From positions 14,426 to 46,425 of the forward strand of contig JAEOSH010000013.1 in assembly GCA_016840465.1 (NCBI GenBank): 32,000 bases of DNA. Reading direction: 5' to 3'. The notes beneath the pieces are model-generated. The model worked only from the letters and a program-made list of their open reading frames with translations, searched no databases and was not told where the DNA came from. Origin of the DNA: Candidatus Baldrarchaeum yapensis (lineage in GTDB: Archaea; Asgardarchaeota; Baldrarchaeia; Baldrarchaeales; Baldrarchaeaceae). Below are positions 18,298-26,531 of the stretch, piece after piece; position 1 is the first letter of the stretch, and every line of letters begins with the position of its first letter. Both the position numbers and the translations under genes were made by a program.

Positions 18298-19629
18298 ATG
18301 GGAAAGAAGGGAGATATCGGCGACTGGGAGGATATGGCAAAGAAGTGGCTCAAACTCGTGTATGACCTTATAGAAAAACCCGAGAAGAAAGAGTTCGAGA
18401 GAGCCATGAAACTGGTCGTTGAGACGAGAAAGCTTCTGGATGAGTGCGAGTTTCCGTTGCACCAAGCGCTTGTGAATGACATGAGGATGCAACTTGCGAC
18501 GGTCGTCAATAACACGAAGTACGTCTTGGAGAACGTTCCAAAGGGCAACTATTACATAGTGATGCCCGATTTTGTAACGCACCTGACAAGGCTCGTCCTC
18601 CTAATTGCAAAAGCGATACAAAACGTTTGGTCTGCAAAGAACGGAATAGCATACGAGTATGTGCCACCTGAAGCATCAGTATACCTACCGGCATCGCAAG
18701 AGGGCTTTTTTCGTCCGGGAGTGACATCCACACCAGCAGCGCCTAGTCCGGCCCCAACTCCAACTGCAGCTCCCATGGTTACTGCGGCGCCGACTCCGAT
18801 GTCGGCATATACGGCTCCAATCCAGCCCCCGCCGTACCCTCCTCAGTATTACTACTCTAAGGCGTACAAGTATGCCTACTGGACTCCTCGTAGTAGTGCG
18901 GGGAGGAGACTTGCCGCATTATCACTTCTGACGTTCCTCCCGATGTTTCTCTCATTTCTGAGGTACAAGGCGGCGCGTGGCGGAATTTCCCCGCAGGATG
19001 TCAGCCTGTTGAAATCATTAATAGACAAATTCAATGTGCTAAGTCGTGGGGTTTCCATTCCAGGAGTAGACCTGTCGAGTGTGCAGAGTGCGCTTGCAAA
19101 CGTCGCTAATACTTTGAGAAGCACCGATATTTCCGGGCTGCAGGCATCTCTCATGAGCGCAATCGACAACTTGCAGAGAACTATAAATCCGCTTGCAAAG
19201 CAAGCGGAGAGTTGGCTCAAGGAGAACATCCCCAAGGTTGTTGAAGAAGTCAGGTCTCTCGCGTCCAGCGGGCGGCTTCCACCCGTCGAATTGAATGACG
19301 TCATGATATCCCTTAGAAACGTGTCAAATCTGGTTGGAGACCAGATAAAGGAGATACCGGGAATCGTACAGAGCGGCGTGCAACAGTTGATTGAGGTTGC
19401 GAGGGCCGCCGCACCTGCAGTGACGCATGTAGGAAGGGAGGTTGCTGAAGGAGTCAGGAGAGCGGTAAGCGGCATAGGGCTGGGTGGAATATCCCTTCCG
19501 TCTCCGGATCAGATAGACTTCGAGAAGATGACAAAGACGGCGGCGGACTTCCTTAAGGCGGCGGACAACGTGATTAAGCAGGCCACCGAGAATATAGGGA
19601 AGCTACTGAAAGACTTCTTAGGCTTTTAA
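18298..19629 (+). CDS. Hypothetical protein: helical N-domain, Pro/Ala/Thr/Tyr-rich linker, one hydrophobic helix, repeated amphipathic helices
   Basis: Long ORF with TATA (TTTATATG ~18252), AAAGGGGG SD before ATG 18298, and a T-rich tract after the stop. Confidence 0.8.
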   Translation: MGKKGDIGDWEDMAKKWLKLVYDLIEKPEKKEFERAMKLVVETRKLLDECEFPLHQALVNDMRMQLATVVNNTKYVLENVPKGNYYIVMPDFVTHLTRLVLLIAKAIQNVWSAKNGIAYEYVPPEASVYLPASQEGFFRPGVTSTPAAPSPAPTPTAAPMVTAAPTPMSAYTAPIQPPPYPPQYYYSKAYKYAYWTPRSSAGRRLAALSLLTFLPMFLSFLRYKAARGGISPQDVSLLKSLIDKFNVLSRGVSIPGVDLSSVQSALANVANTLRSTDISGLQASLMSAIDNLQRTINPLAKQAESWLKENIPKVVEEVRSLASSGRLPPVELNDVMISLRNVSNLVGDQIKEIPGIVQSGVQQLIEVARAAAPAVTHVGREVAEGVRRAVSGIGLGGISLPSPDQIDFEKMTKTAADFLKAADNVIKQATENIGKLLKDFLGF

Positions 19630-19648
19630 TTGTTAACTTTTATTTTTT
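19630..19648 (+). terminator. Oligo-T archaeal terminator-like tract
   Basis: TGTTAACTTTTATTTTTTC immediately after the stop codon. Confidence 0.4.
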
Positions 19649-19788
19649 CGATACGCGAACTTTATACATGCTTTCTGAATTCTTTTTCGAAATAATATAC
19701 GATATTCGTTCATGGGGTTCCCACTTCGGAAAACGGTGAGCATACAGATTTATGTTGACAAAGGGCCTCATTATAACCGGGTGGGAGC

Positions 19789-20925
19789 ATGGACTTCGAA
19801 ATAACTGAGAAGCAGAAGAAAATATTCGAGGAGGCCGTCGCTTTCGGCAGGGAGAAAATAGAGCCTGTAATTGCCGAGTATGATGAGAGGTGCGAATACC
19901 CCGTTGACCTCTTTAGGGAAATGGGGAAGCGCGGATGGCTGGGATTCAACATCCCGGAGAAGTACGGAGGAGCCGAGAGGGACACCATCTCCTACACAAT
20001 GCTCGTAATGGCGATTTCAAAGTACTCGGCGTCCCTAGGGCTGGCGATAGACACGCATTACCTCCTGTCTGAGGCAATAAAACTCTACGGAAGCGATGAG
20101 ATGAAGGAAAACTACCTGCCTAAGCTTGCCAAGACGGAAATCATAGGAGGATTCGCAATAACCGAGCCGACCGCGGGGTCTGATGCCGCCGGAATAGAGG
20201 GCACCGCGGTAAAAGAGGGGGATGAGTACGTCCTTAACGGTGAAAAGAGCATAATAGTGGGTGGCGCTGTTGCGGATGCGGTAATTGCGTTCTTCAAAAC
20301 GGCGCCGGAGGCGGGTGCCAAGGGAATAACAGCCTTTCTTGTCGATACAAAAACTCCTGGGATAAAGAAGGAACCGCTAAATCCCGTCGGTCTGAGGGCG
20401 TGTGGCCTCGCCAAGTACAAGTTTGAGAACGTTAGAGTCCCCAAGGAGAACGTTATAGGGCAAGAGGGACAGGGACTTAGGATAGCCCTCTCTGTGCTGG
20501 ACTTTGGAAGGATAGGGGTTGCATCCGTCGCCACAGGGATAGCGGAGGCGGCATTGGAGCGCGCCATCGAGTATGCCAAGAAGAGGACTCAGTTTGGACA
20601 GCCAATAATGAAGTTCCAAGGACTCAGGTGGATGCTGGCAGACATAAAATTAGGAGTAGAGGCGGCGAAACTCTTGACGTGGAAAGCAGCGTATCTTAGA
20701 GATAAAGGAGTAAGGTACACCGTAGAGGCGGCGATGGCTAAACTATTTGCGACCGAACTCGCAATGAAGGCTACAATAAAGGCGATACAGGTGCATGGGC
20801 ATTACGGCTTCCTCAAGGATCTGCCATTAGAGCGCTACATGCGAGATGCAAAAGGGCTCGAAATAGCGGAGGGCACCTCGGAAATACAGAGATTCATAAT
20901 AGCGAGGGCGCTATTCGGTGGATGA
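19789..20925 (+). CDS. Acyl-CoA dehydrogenase (short-chain/butyryl-CoA type)
   Basis: GFAITEPTAGSD, LDFGRIGVA, RTQFGQPI, QVHGHYG, EIAEGTSEIQR (catalytic Glu). Confidence 0.93.
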   Translation: MDFEITEKQKKIFEEAVAFGREKIEPVIAEYDERCEYPVDLFREMGKRGWLGFNIPEKYGGAERDTISYTMLVMAISKYSASLGLAIDTHYLLSEAIKLYGSDEMKENYLPKLAKTEIIGGFAITEPTAGSDAAGIEGTAVKEGDEYVLNGEKSIIVGGAVADAVIAFFKTAPEAGAKGITAFLVDTKTPGIKKEPLNPVGLRACGLAKYKFENVRVPKENVIGQEGQGLRIALSVLDFGRIGVASVATGIAEAALERAIEYAKKRTQFGQPIMKFQGLRWMLADIKLGVEAAKLLTWKAAYLRDKGVRYTVEAAMAKLFATELAMKATIKAIQVHGHYGFLKDLPLERYMRDAKGLEIAEGTSEIQRFIIARALFGG

Positions 20926-20930
20926 GGATT

Positions 20931-22106
20931 TCAGATATGTGCTCCTGTATCCGTGACTCCCATGACCTCTTCATAAACCTCTACCACTCTATGAACCACA
21001 CGATCCCAGCTGTACCGCTCCTCTACTTTCTCTCTCGCGTTCATTCCCATAGCTTCGAGTCTTGATTTGTCATTTAGAAGCCATATTATTGCATCGCTCA
21101 ACTCTCTCACGCTATGAGGTTTCACGAGAATGCCGTCGATTCCGTCGTCTATTATTTCCGGGATTCCTCCAACGCGGGTTGCAATGACGGGTTTTCCCGC
21201 TGCCATCGCCTCTATTATCACTATGCCGAAGGCTTCAGCAAATATCGACGGACAGACGAATACATCGGCCGCCATATACAGTTTTACCAAGTTTTCTCGG
21301 TCGACGTAACCCCGCAGGTCGACGTTCCTCTCGATGCCATAGGCCTTCGCCTTGTACTCAAGATAGTCCCTGAGCATGCCCTTGCCGACTATCACAAGAC
21401 GTGCATCGGGGATTTCCTTGACTACGCTCCTGAACGCGTCCAGCAATACATGGACACCCTTCCTCACAACGAGCCTTCCAACGAATAGTATTATGGGGTT
21501 GTCTATCGGGAGACACAGCTCTCTGCGCAGCTCCTCCTTGCTTTTGTTCGGCTTGAACTCCTCGATGTCGACCGCATTTGGTATCACGACGAATCTCTCA
21601 TAGTCCGGGAGCAGGTGTTTCATGAAGCGGCGCACCGCCTCGCTTACGGTTATTATTCTATTGACATTCTCCAGTGTTTTCCTTATCGGGTACATGAAAA
21701 CGCGAAGAAATCTCCAAAGGTAGTGATTTTCGTGAGCAACTCCGAGCGAGTGGGCGGTCAAAACGCTAGGTATTCCGTACTTTGATGCCACCGATACCGA
21801 GTACAGGGATATGGGTATGAAGGCGTGATGAACATGTATGATGTCGAATTTCTCACCGAGTAGGGCATCTTTGACATCGCTCAGACTCAGCGGGGAGAGT
21901 ATCTTGAGCCCCGGTATCACCGCCCCGCTTACCCTTATCACCCTTACGTTATGATGGTTGGTGTCCTCTGCCTCCTCTACTTTCTTCACAGTTATGATCG
22001 TGACATCGTGCCCCCTCTTTGAGAGGCTCTTCGCCAGTTCCCTGATGTGCGAGGAGATTCCACCTACTTTCGAGTACCAGTCACTACAAAGGGCAATTTT
22101 CATCAT
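20931..22106 (-). CDS. Glycosyltransferase family 4 (GT-B; PigA/PimA-like)
   Basis: VGGISSHIREL, IHVHH, LFVGRLVVRKG, EAFGIVIIE (EX7E), GGIPEII. Confidence 0.92.
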   Translation of the reverse strand: MMKIALCSDWYSKVGGISSHIRELAKSLSKRGHDVTIITVKKVEEAEDTNHHNVRVIRVSGAVIPGLKILSPLSLSDVKDALLGEKFDIIHVHHAFIPISLYSVSVASKYGIPSVLTAHSLGVAHENHYLWRFLRVFMYPIRKTLENVNRIITVSEAVRRFMKHLLPDYERFVVIPNAVDIEEFKPNKSKEELRRELCLPIDNPIILFVGRLVVRKGVHVLLDAFRSVVKEIPDARLVIVGKGMLRDYLEYKAKAYGIERNVDLRGYVDRENLVKLYMAADVFVCPSIFAEAFGIVIIEAMAAGKPVIATRVGGIPEIIDDGIDGILVKPHSVRELSDAIIWLLNDKSRLEAMGMNAREKVEERYSWDRVVHRVVEVYEEVMGVTDTGAHI

Positions 22107-22224
22107 ACCACCGGGTCGAAAAACGACCTCACAATAACCTTATTCGGAAGATGTTTTAATAATGGCGCTTTGTGGTGAACGGAGTCTGAAACAGTTTTCG
22201 GTTTAAGTAATTTTCAGGCATTTT

Positions 22225-22240
22225 CGTAAAAGTTTAAATG
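22225..22240 (+). promoter_or_regulatory. Archaeal BRE-TATA inside element copy 2
   Basis: CGTAAAAG-TTTAAATG, identical to copy 1. Confidence 0.55.
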
Positions 22241-22261
22241 GTATCGCTCCATTATTCGGTC

Positions 22262-22456
22262 AGGTCGAGGCCGATGAAGAGGACGAGGTTGATTAGTACG
22301 GGTGGGTTCCGCTTCGCCGAACCAGTCCGGTGAGCGTGCGGGCGACCGCACGGGATGGACTGGGTAAGGCGGGGCGGGCGACCGGGAGTCGTGATGGCCC
22401 ACTTGGTGGCTGAAAATTACTATAAATTGCTGAATGCTACCAAGTGGGAGAACGGT
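22262..22456 (+). ncRNA. Putative structured ncRNA encoded by the repeat element
   Basis: Nested stems found by eye: 22309-22318/22368-22377 (2 G·U), 22322-22328/22357-22363, 22335-22340/22347-22352; 13-bp stem 22398-22410/22436-22448 (1 G·U). Lies downstream of the internal promoter. Start inferred from TATA spacing. Confidence 0.45.
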
Positions 22457-22470
22457 ACGCGGCCCGTTAA

Positions 22471-23787
22471 TCATAGGGGGCGTATCGTGGAAATTACCTC
22501 TGCGTCGAGATAGAAGGTGTCTGCGCGGGTTATCCGGATCTCAAACTCGTAGCCTAGGTATTCTTCTCCGAGTTGGAGGACTATCGGTTTATAGGTGTAA
22601 TTGCGCGAAACAACACCACCCTTTATCCCTATTCCGGAAACCAACACCTCTCCCCGCCATCCAACCCATCTCTGGTTCCTGCGGTAGCTTATCTCCTTCA
22701 CGACCTTCGTCATGAGTCTGCTCCGCTCCTTTATTTTCCACCCCGGAACTTGAGGCTTCATCTTTGCCGCGGGGGTGTTTGGGCGGGGACCGAATCTTGA
22801 AATGTTCACAATGTCGGGCTCCAGTTCCTTGACAAGTTCAACTGTGTCCATGAACTGCTCCTCGGTCTCTCCCGGAAATCCCACTATCACGTCGGTCTCT
22901 ATCGTCATCTCTGGAATCTTCCTCCTTATTTCCTTCACTATCTGCCGGAACTCGTCCACAGTATATGGCCTGTTCATCCTGCGGAGAATCTCGTCGTTCC
23001 CCGACTGCACCGGTATATGTATGAACTTATACACCTTGGGGTGCTGGTACACCTCGAGCATCTCGTCGAGATAGTTGAGTAGGCGTCCAGGATTCATCAT
23101 GCCAATGCGGATTCTGAATTTACCCGGCACTTCGACAATTTTGCTCAACAATTCTGGGAGTGAGGTTCCGATGTCCGCGCCGTAGGCTATGGTGTCCTGC
23201 GCGGTTATCCATATCTCCCTGCAACCCTCCCTGACAAACCTCTCCACCTCTCTCACTATCGCATCTGGAGGGAAACTGAACAATCGTCCCCTGGCCAGCC
23301 TGACCGCGCAGTAGGTACAAGAGCCGAGACAGCCCTCACATATGGGAACTATCCCCACGACTTTGTTCTCCCTAAGTCGGGGTGTGCATACCTTAACCAT
23401 CTTATCTGATTTTATGTCAATGATCCCCCTTTCTCCCTCCACAATCCGGCGTGCTATTTCATGAATCCTCTGATAGGAAAATGGCCCAACGATTGCTGCG
23501 AAGTTCGGGATGCTCTTTATGATGCCCTCGAGGTTTATTTTGGGAAGACATCCGGCAACTATAACGGGCTTCCCGGTCGATGAAAGCTTCCTAAGTTTGT
23601 TCAGCACCTTAAATTCCGTTGGTACCTTGACCCCGCACGTGTTAACCACTATAATATCGGCTTCGCTCTCTGAGTCCACAATCTTGAACCCGTGTTCGGC
23701 CAGAATGCCTCTTATTATTTCGCCGTCCGCCTTGTTCTGCGCACACCCGTATGTTATTACGTGAACCTTAGTGCCATTTGAGGGCAC
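22471..23787 (-). CDS. mtaB: tRNA t6A37 C2-methylthiotransferase (archaeal MiaB-like/e-MtaB)
   Basis: UPF0004 domain (TYGCAQN, NTCGV, GCLP), CLGSCTYC radical SAM motif, IVGFPGET, C-terminal TRAM-like region. Confidence 0.9.
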   Translation of the reverse strand: MPSNGTKVHVITYGCAQNKADGEIIRGILAEHGFKIVDSESEADIIVVNTCGVKVPTEFKVLNKLRKLSSTGKPVIVAGCLPKINLEGIIKSIPNFAAIVGPFSYQRIHEIARRIVEGERGIIDIKSDKMVKVCTPRLRENKVVGIVPICEGCLGSCTYCAVRLARGRLFSFPPDAIVREVERFVREGCREIWITAQDTIAYGADIGTSLPELLSKIVEVPGKFRIRIGMMNPGRLLNYLDEMLEVYQHPKVYKFIHIPVQSGNDEILRRMNRPYTVDEFRQIVKEIRRKIPEMTIETDVIVGFPGETEEQFMDTVELVKELEPDIVNISRFGPRPNTPAAKMKPQVPGWKIKERSRLMTKVVKEISYRRNQRWVGWRGEVLVSGIGIKGGVVSRNYTYKPIVLQLGEEYLGYEFEIRITRADTFYLDAEVISTIRPL

Positions 23788-23799
23788 GGTAAACCCTCC

Positions 23800-24594
23800 T
23801 TAGTCTCGGATCATTATCCAGTAACGCCCGCCCGTGACCCTGTAGCCTAATGTCTCGTACAGATGTCTTGCAACCCCGTTATCAGAGTCCACATGCAACA
23901 TTGCAATAGCTCCCGAGTTTATCGCCTTCTCGGTAACGGTTGACGTTGCCATCTTTGCAAATCCCCTTCTTCTATACTTCGGATCGGTGAATACGTCACC
24001 TATCAGCCACACCTCGTTCATTCTGAGGTAGCAACAGGCGATCGACGCCAGCACCTCGTTCTCGAATATTCCATAATACGTCCATTTCCTTAGGCGCACT
24101 TCCGCACTCCTCTTATCCAACTTCTGCCCTTGAGTACTCTTAAGCTTAATGAAAGCTTCTATGTGCTCATCGGTCAGCCTCACCGCAACTTCCGGTTTGT
24201 ACGGTTTAAACGTTTCCGAATCGGCTACCATGTTGAGGAATCTTTTGACGTCCAAGTTCAACCCCTTTTCCTCAACCTTTCTGGTAACCACGTCAACCAG
24301 TTCATCGTTATACACCTGTATGACAGCTGCCCGCCGAACGGGGATGCGATCCACAAGAACGTCAGCATTCGATCCCCAAATGTGGACTCCGAGGAATCCC
24401 GTTGCCGGATCCTTCCATACGAGCAGATATCCGAGTATTTTGTCATTTCCCACGACTATGTGTATGTCGGAATTCTCAAGCTCGTATACAATATCGTACA
24501 TCAGGTAAACGTGAGTTAGCGGATCGGATTTGTACAATTCGACTAGCATTCGCCAGACCGGGTAATTTAACGACTTTATGCTCATGTACTCCAT
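23800..24594 (-). CDS. GNAT-family acetyltransferase (C-terminal FR47-like domain)
   Basis: IGDVFTDPKYRRRGFAK acetyl-CoA motif A and N..ARHLYETLGY motif B. Confidence 0.88.
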   Translation of the reverse strand: MEYMSIKSLNYPVWRMLVELYKSDPLTHVYLMYDIVYELENSDIHIVVGNDKILGYLLVWKDPATGFLGVHIWGSNADVLVDRIPVRRAAVIQVYNDELVDVVTRKVEEKGLNLDVKRFLNMVADSETFKPYKPEVAVRLTDEHIEAFIKLKSTQGQKLDKRSAEVRLRKWTYYGIFENEVLASIACCYLRMNEVWLIGDVFTDPKYRRRGFAKMATSTVTEKAINSGAIAMLHVDSDNGVARHLYETLGYRVTGGRYWIMIRD

Positions 24595-24856
24595 GTAATA
24601 TCATCTCACGAGAATTTTGGAGATGAGTTGTCTTTTCTCCGGACTGAATGTTAGATGTGAGAAGTATCGAGGAGAAGGGATAGAGGGGCATCAGCACTCG
24701 GCAAATTCGTCATCTGTCCTCGGAGCGTCGTCCCAGCCCTCATCATCTGCATGTAGTAAAATGTGGATCGGTACTTTTAACTTCTGCGATTTCGCGATCG
24801 TTACGTATCCTTCTTAACTCCCATTTCATAATGAAGTAGGAAAAAGTACTTTCCTC

Positions 24857-25111
24857 TCAGCCTTTATATTCGATTCTCACCCGAATGACATCCCTGCGTA
24901 TTTCCATGATTCCCTTTTCCTCCATGGCACTTACCACTTCCTTGGCCAATGCCGCAAGCCTCAGAACGTCTCTTAATTGTCTTTTTGACCCTTTTCCCCT
25001 TCTACCCGCCCTCTCTCTCAACTCAAATATCTTTTTAAGTGCCGCTCTCAGTTTTTTGTAATCCCAGTACTCTCTCCGCAGATCTTCAAACCTTATTTTC
25101 ATCCTCTCCAC
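24857..25111 (-). CDS. Small basic helical hypothetical protein, overlapping the upstream nucleotidyltransferase gene
   Basis: 84-aa ORF with a 26-nt overlap and a GGTGGAGAGG SD-like sequence upstream. Confidence 0.6.
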   Translation of the reverse strand: MERMKIRFEDLRREYWDYKKLRAALKKIFELRERAGRRGKGSKRQLRDVLRLAALAKEVVSAMEEKGIMEIRRDVIRVRIEYKG

Positions 25112-25721
25112 CTATTCCCAAATCCTTAAGCACCGTTTGTAGGAAATCGAGGACTTTTTCCTCTTTTGCACGCTTAATCACGTACTGTTTATCAATCTTC
25201 TCCCATAATACGCTCACCAGCGCGTACACTTTATCCCTGTCCTCGAGACTCTCCCAGTATTTCCAAGCAGACAAATACGTAATTATTAACTCTTCTGGGG
25301 GTTCCATGTAGATGTACTCTTCGTTTACAAATAGCTTTATCGGGCGCTTCCTCTTGCTATAGGAAGTTCCAACAATATCTATACCCTTACTGCTGAATAA
25401 GATTTCTCGTAGGAGATAGGTCCTCCCGCAGGCTTCTGATGTGCGCTTAAAGAACTCCTCGAGCGCATGCCTTGCCACAACCCCCTCGACTATTATATCG
25501 ATGTCGAGCGTCCTGTAAGTGGATCCAGTAAGAACCTCAACGGCAAATCCTCCTACGAGGATAATCCTACCTGCGCCTTCGTGCTCGAGCACAACATTCA
25601 TCCACGAAATCAAGTATAGAAACCTATGCGTTTCCGATCCTATACTTTTCGCCCTTCTAATGACCTCATCAAATTCCGATAGAAGTCTCGCGACCAATTC
25701 CTTCACGTCCAATATCTTCAC
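25086..25721 (-). CDS. Pol-beta-superfamily nucleotidyltransferase (DUF6036/AbiEii-like)
   Basis: ILVGGFAV...RTLDIDII motif and C-terminal EELI..YL...DRD pattern. Confidence 0.7.
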   Translation of the reverse strand: MKILDVKELVARLLSEFDEVIRRAKSIGSETHRFLYLISWMNVVLEHEGAGRIILVGGFAVEVLTGSTYRTLDIDIIVEGVVARHALEEFFKRTSEACGRTYLLREILFSSKGIDIVGTSYSKRKRPIKLFVNEEYIYMEPPEELIITYLSAWKYWESLEDRDKVYALVSVLWEKIDKQYVIKRAKEEKVLDFLQTVLKDLGIGGEDENKV

Positions 25722-25832
25722 TTCCTGCCTTTATACAAGGAGTCATAACTTTGTACAGAATGTTAAGAAGCAAAATGCCGGAAGTAATTTTCGGAGATGT
25801 GCCAATAGCCTCTTAGAGCAACCCAATGATCT

Positions 25833-26322
25833 TTACGTGAACGTTATAATTAATTCTTCGGATGATCGGCACCAGAAGGGGGACGCATGCATACATGCGA
25901 AGAGGTCACGTCTCACGCCGTAGATTGTGACTCCCACTTCTTCGAAGCCCAGCGACATTACGAGTTCACGTGCCTCTATGTTGTGCTCGAGAACCTCGCA
26001 CTCCACATATGATACTCCCTTTTCTTTAAAATACTTCGCAGCCTTTAGCATAAGCGCAGTTGCTATTCCCATTCTGCGGAAGCTCCTGTCCACTCCTATT
26101 GCGAGAACCACGCCCACCCTTCTTTCATCCCCATTCCGCGTCGTGAGCATTACGAAACCCGCGAGCACACTCTGCAGTACTCGGCGATGGATATCCCGTC
26201 TTTAGGAATCTTCTGAAGCTTTTCGACAGTCATATATTCGTAGGGATCGGGACTGTACTCGGAGACTCTATTGAAGAGGCCCACGAACATTTCCTCATCC
26301 CCTCCTCAAATCTACGGATCAC
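25833..26322 (-). pseudogene. RimI-like GNAT acetyltransferase with two frameshifts
   Basis: Manual translation: GTG-IRRFEEG / DEEMFVGLFNRVSEYSPDPY...DGISIAEYC / VLAGFVML...IGVDRSFRRMGIATALM...N..ARELVMSLGF. Frame shifts at ~26300 and ~26170. Confidence 0.7.
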
Positions 26323-26531
26323 AAGTACTTTCGAGAGTCCGCTATCTCTTATTTTGTTCTTTCACTTCATCAGCACCTTGAGCCCCTTTTCCATTTTCAG
26401 TACATACCTGTAATAGACGAGACGTTCGCGGGCCATCAATAGTCATCCCGAAATGTGCGGATATATCCGCATATAACGGGTTTTTAGGTCAAAAATACGT
26501 AGAATATGGATAAATGCGCTTGCTCACGACG

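Larger units (their letters stand above)
22184..22456 (+). mobile_element. Non-autonomous non-coding repeat element, copy 2 (273 bp, apparently the intact form)
   Basis: Near-identical to 10739-10975. Intergenic, starting 14 nt past the stop of the MiaB-like gene. Contains an 11-bp direct repeat GCGGGCGACCG flanking the segment missing in copy 1. Confidence 0.8.

Noticed and set aside
22262-22300. CCGATGA/TGATGA as a hammerhead core or C box
   Set aside because: No matching GAAA/NUH architecture or D box, and the TGATGA is not conserved between copies
22251-22420. Minus-strand frame in the element ending ...PVLINLVLFIGLDLTE* (hydrophobic peptide or IS110-like FIGLD motif); two of the substitutions are silent in it
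   Set aside because: No start codon after the upstream stops, other differences are non-synonymous, and the hydrophobicity is expected opposite GAN-rich sequence
6966-23787. TrmO and MtaB, two t6A37 hypermodifying enzymes, in the same window
   Set aside because: 15 kb apart on opposite strands with unrelated genes between; no evidence of a functional cluster
24690-24815. Minus-strand stretch GYVTIAKSQKLKVPIHILLHADDEGWDD...* looks protein-like
   Set aside because: No in-frame start and too short to assign; at most a remnant
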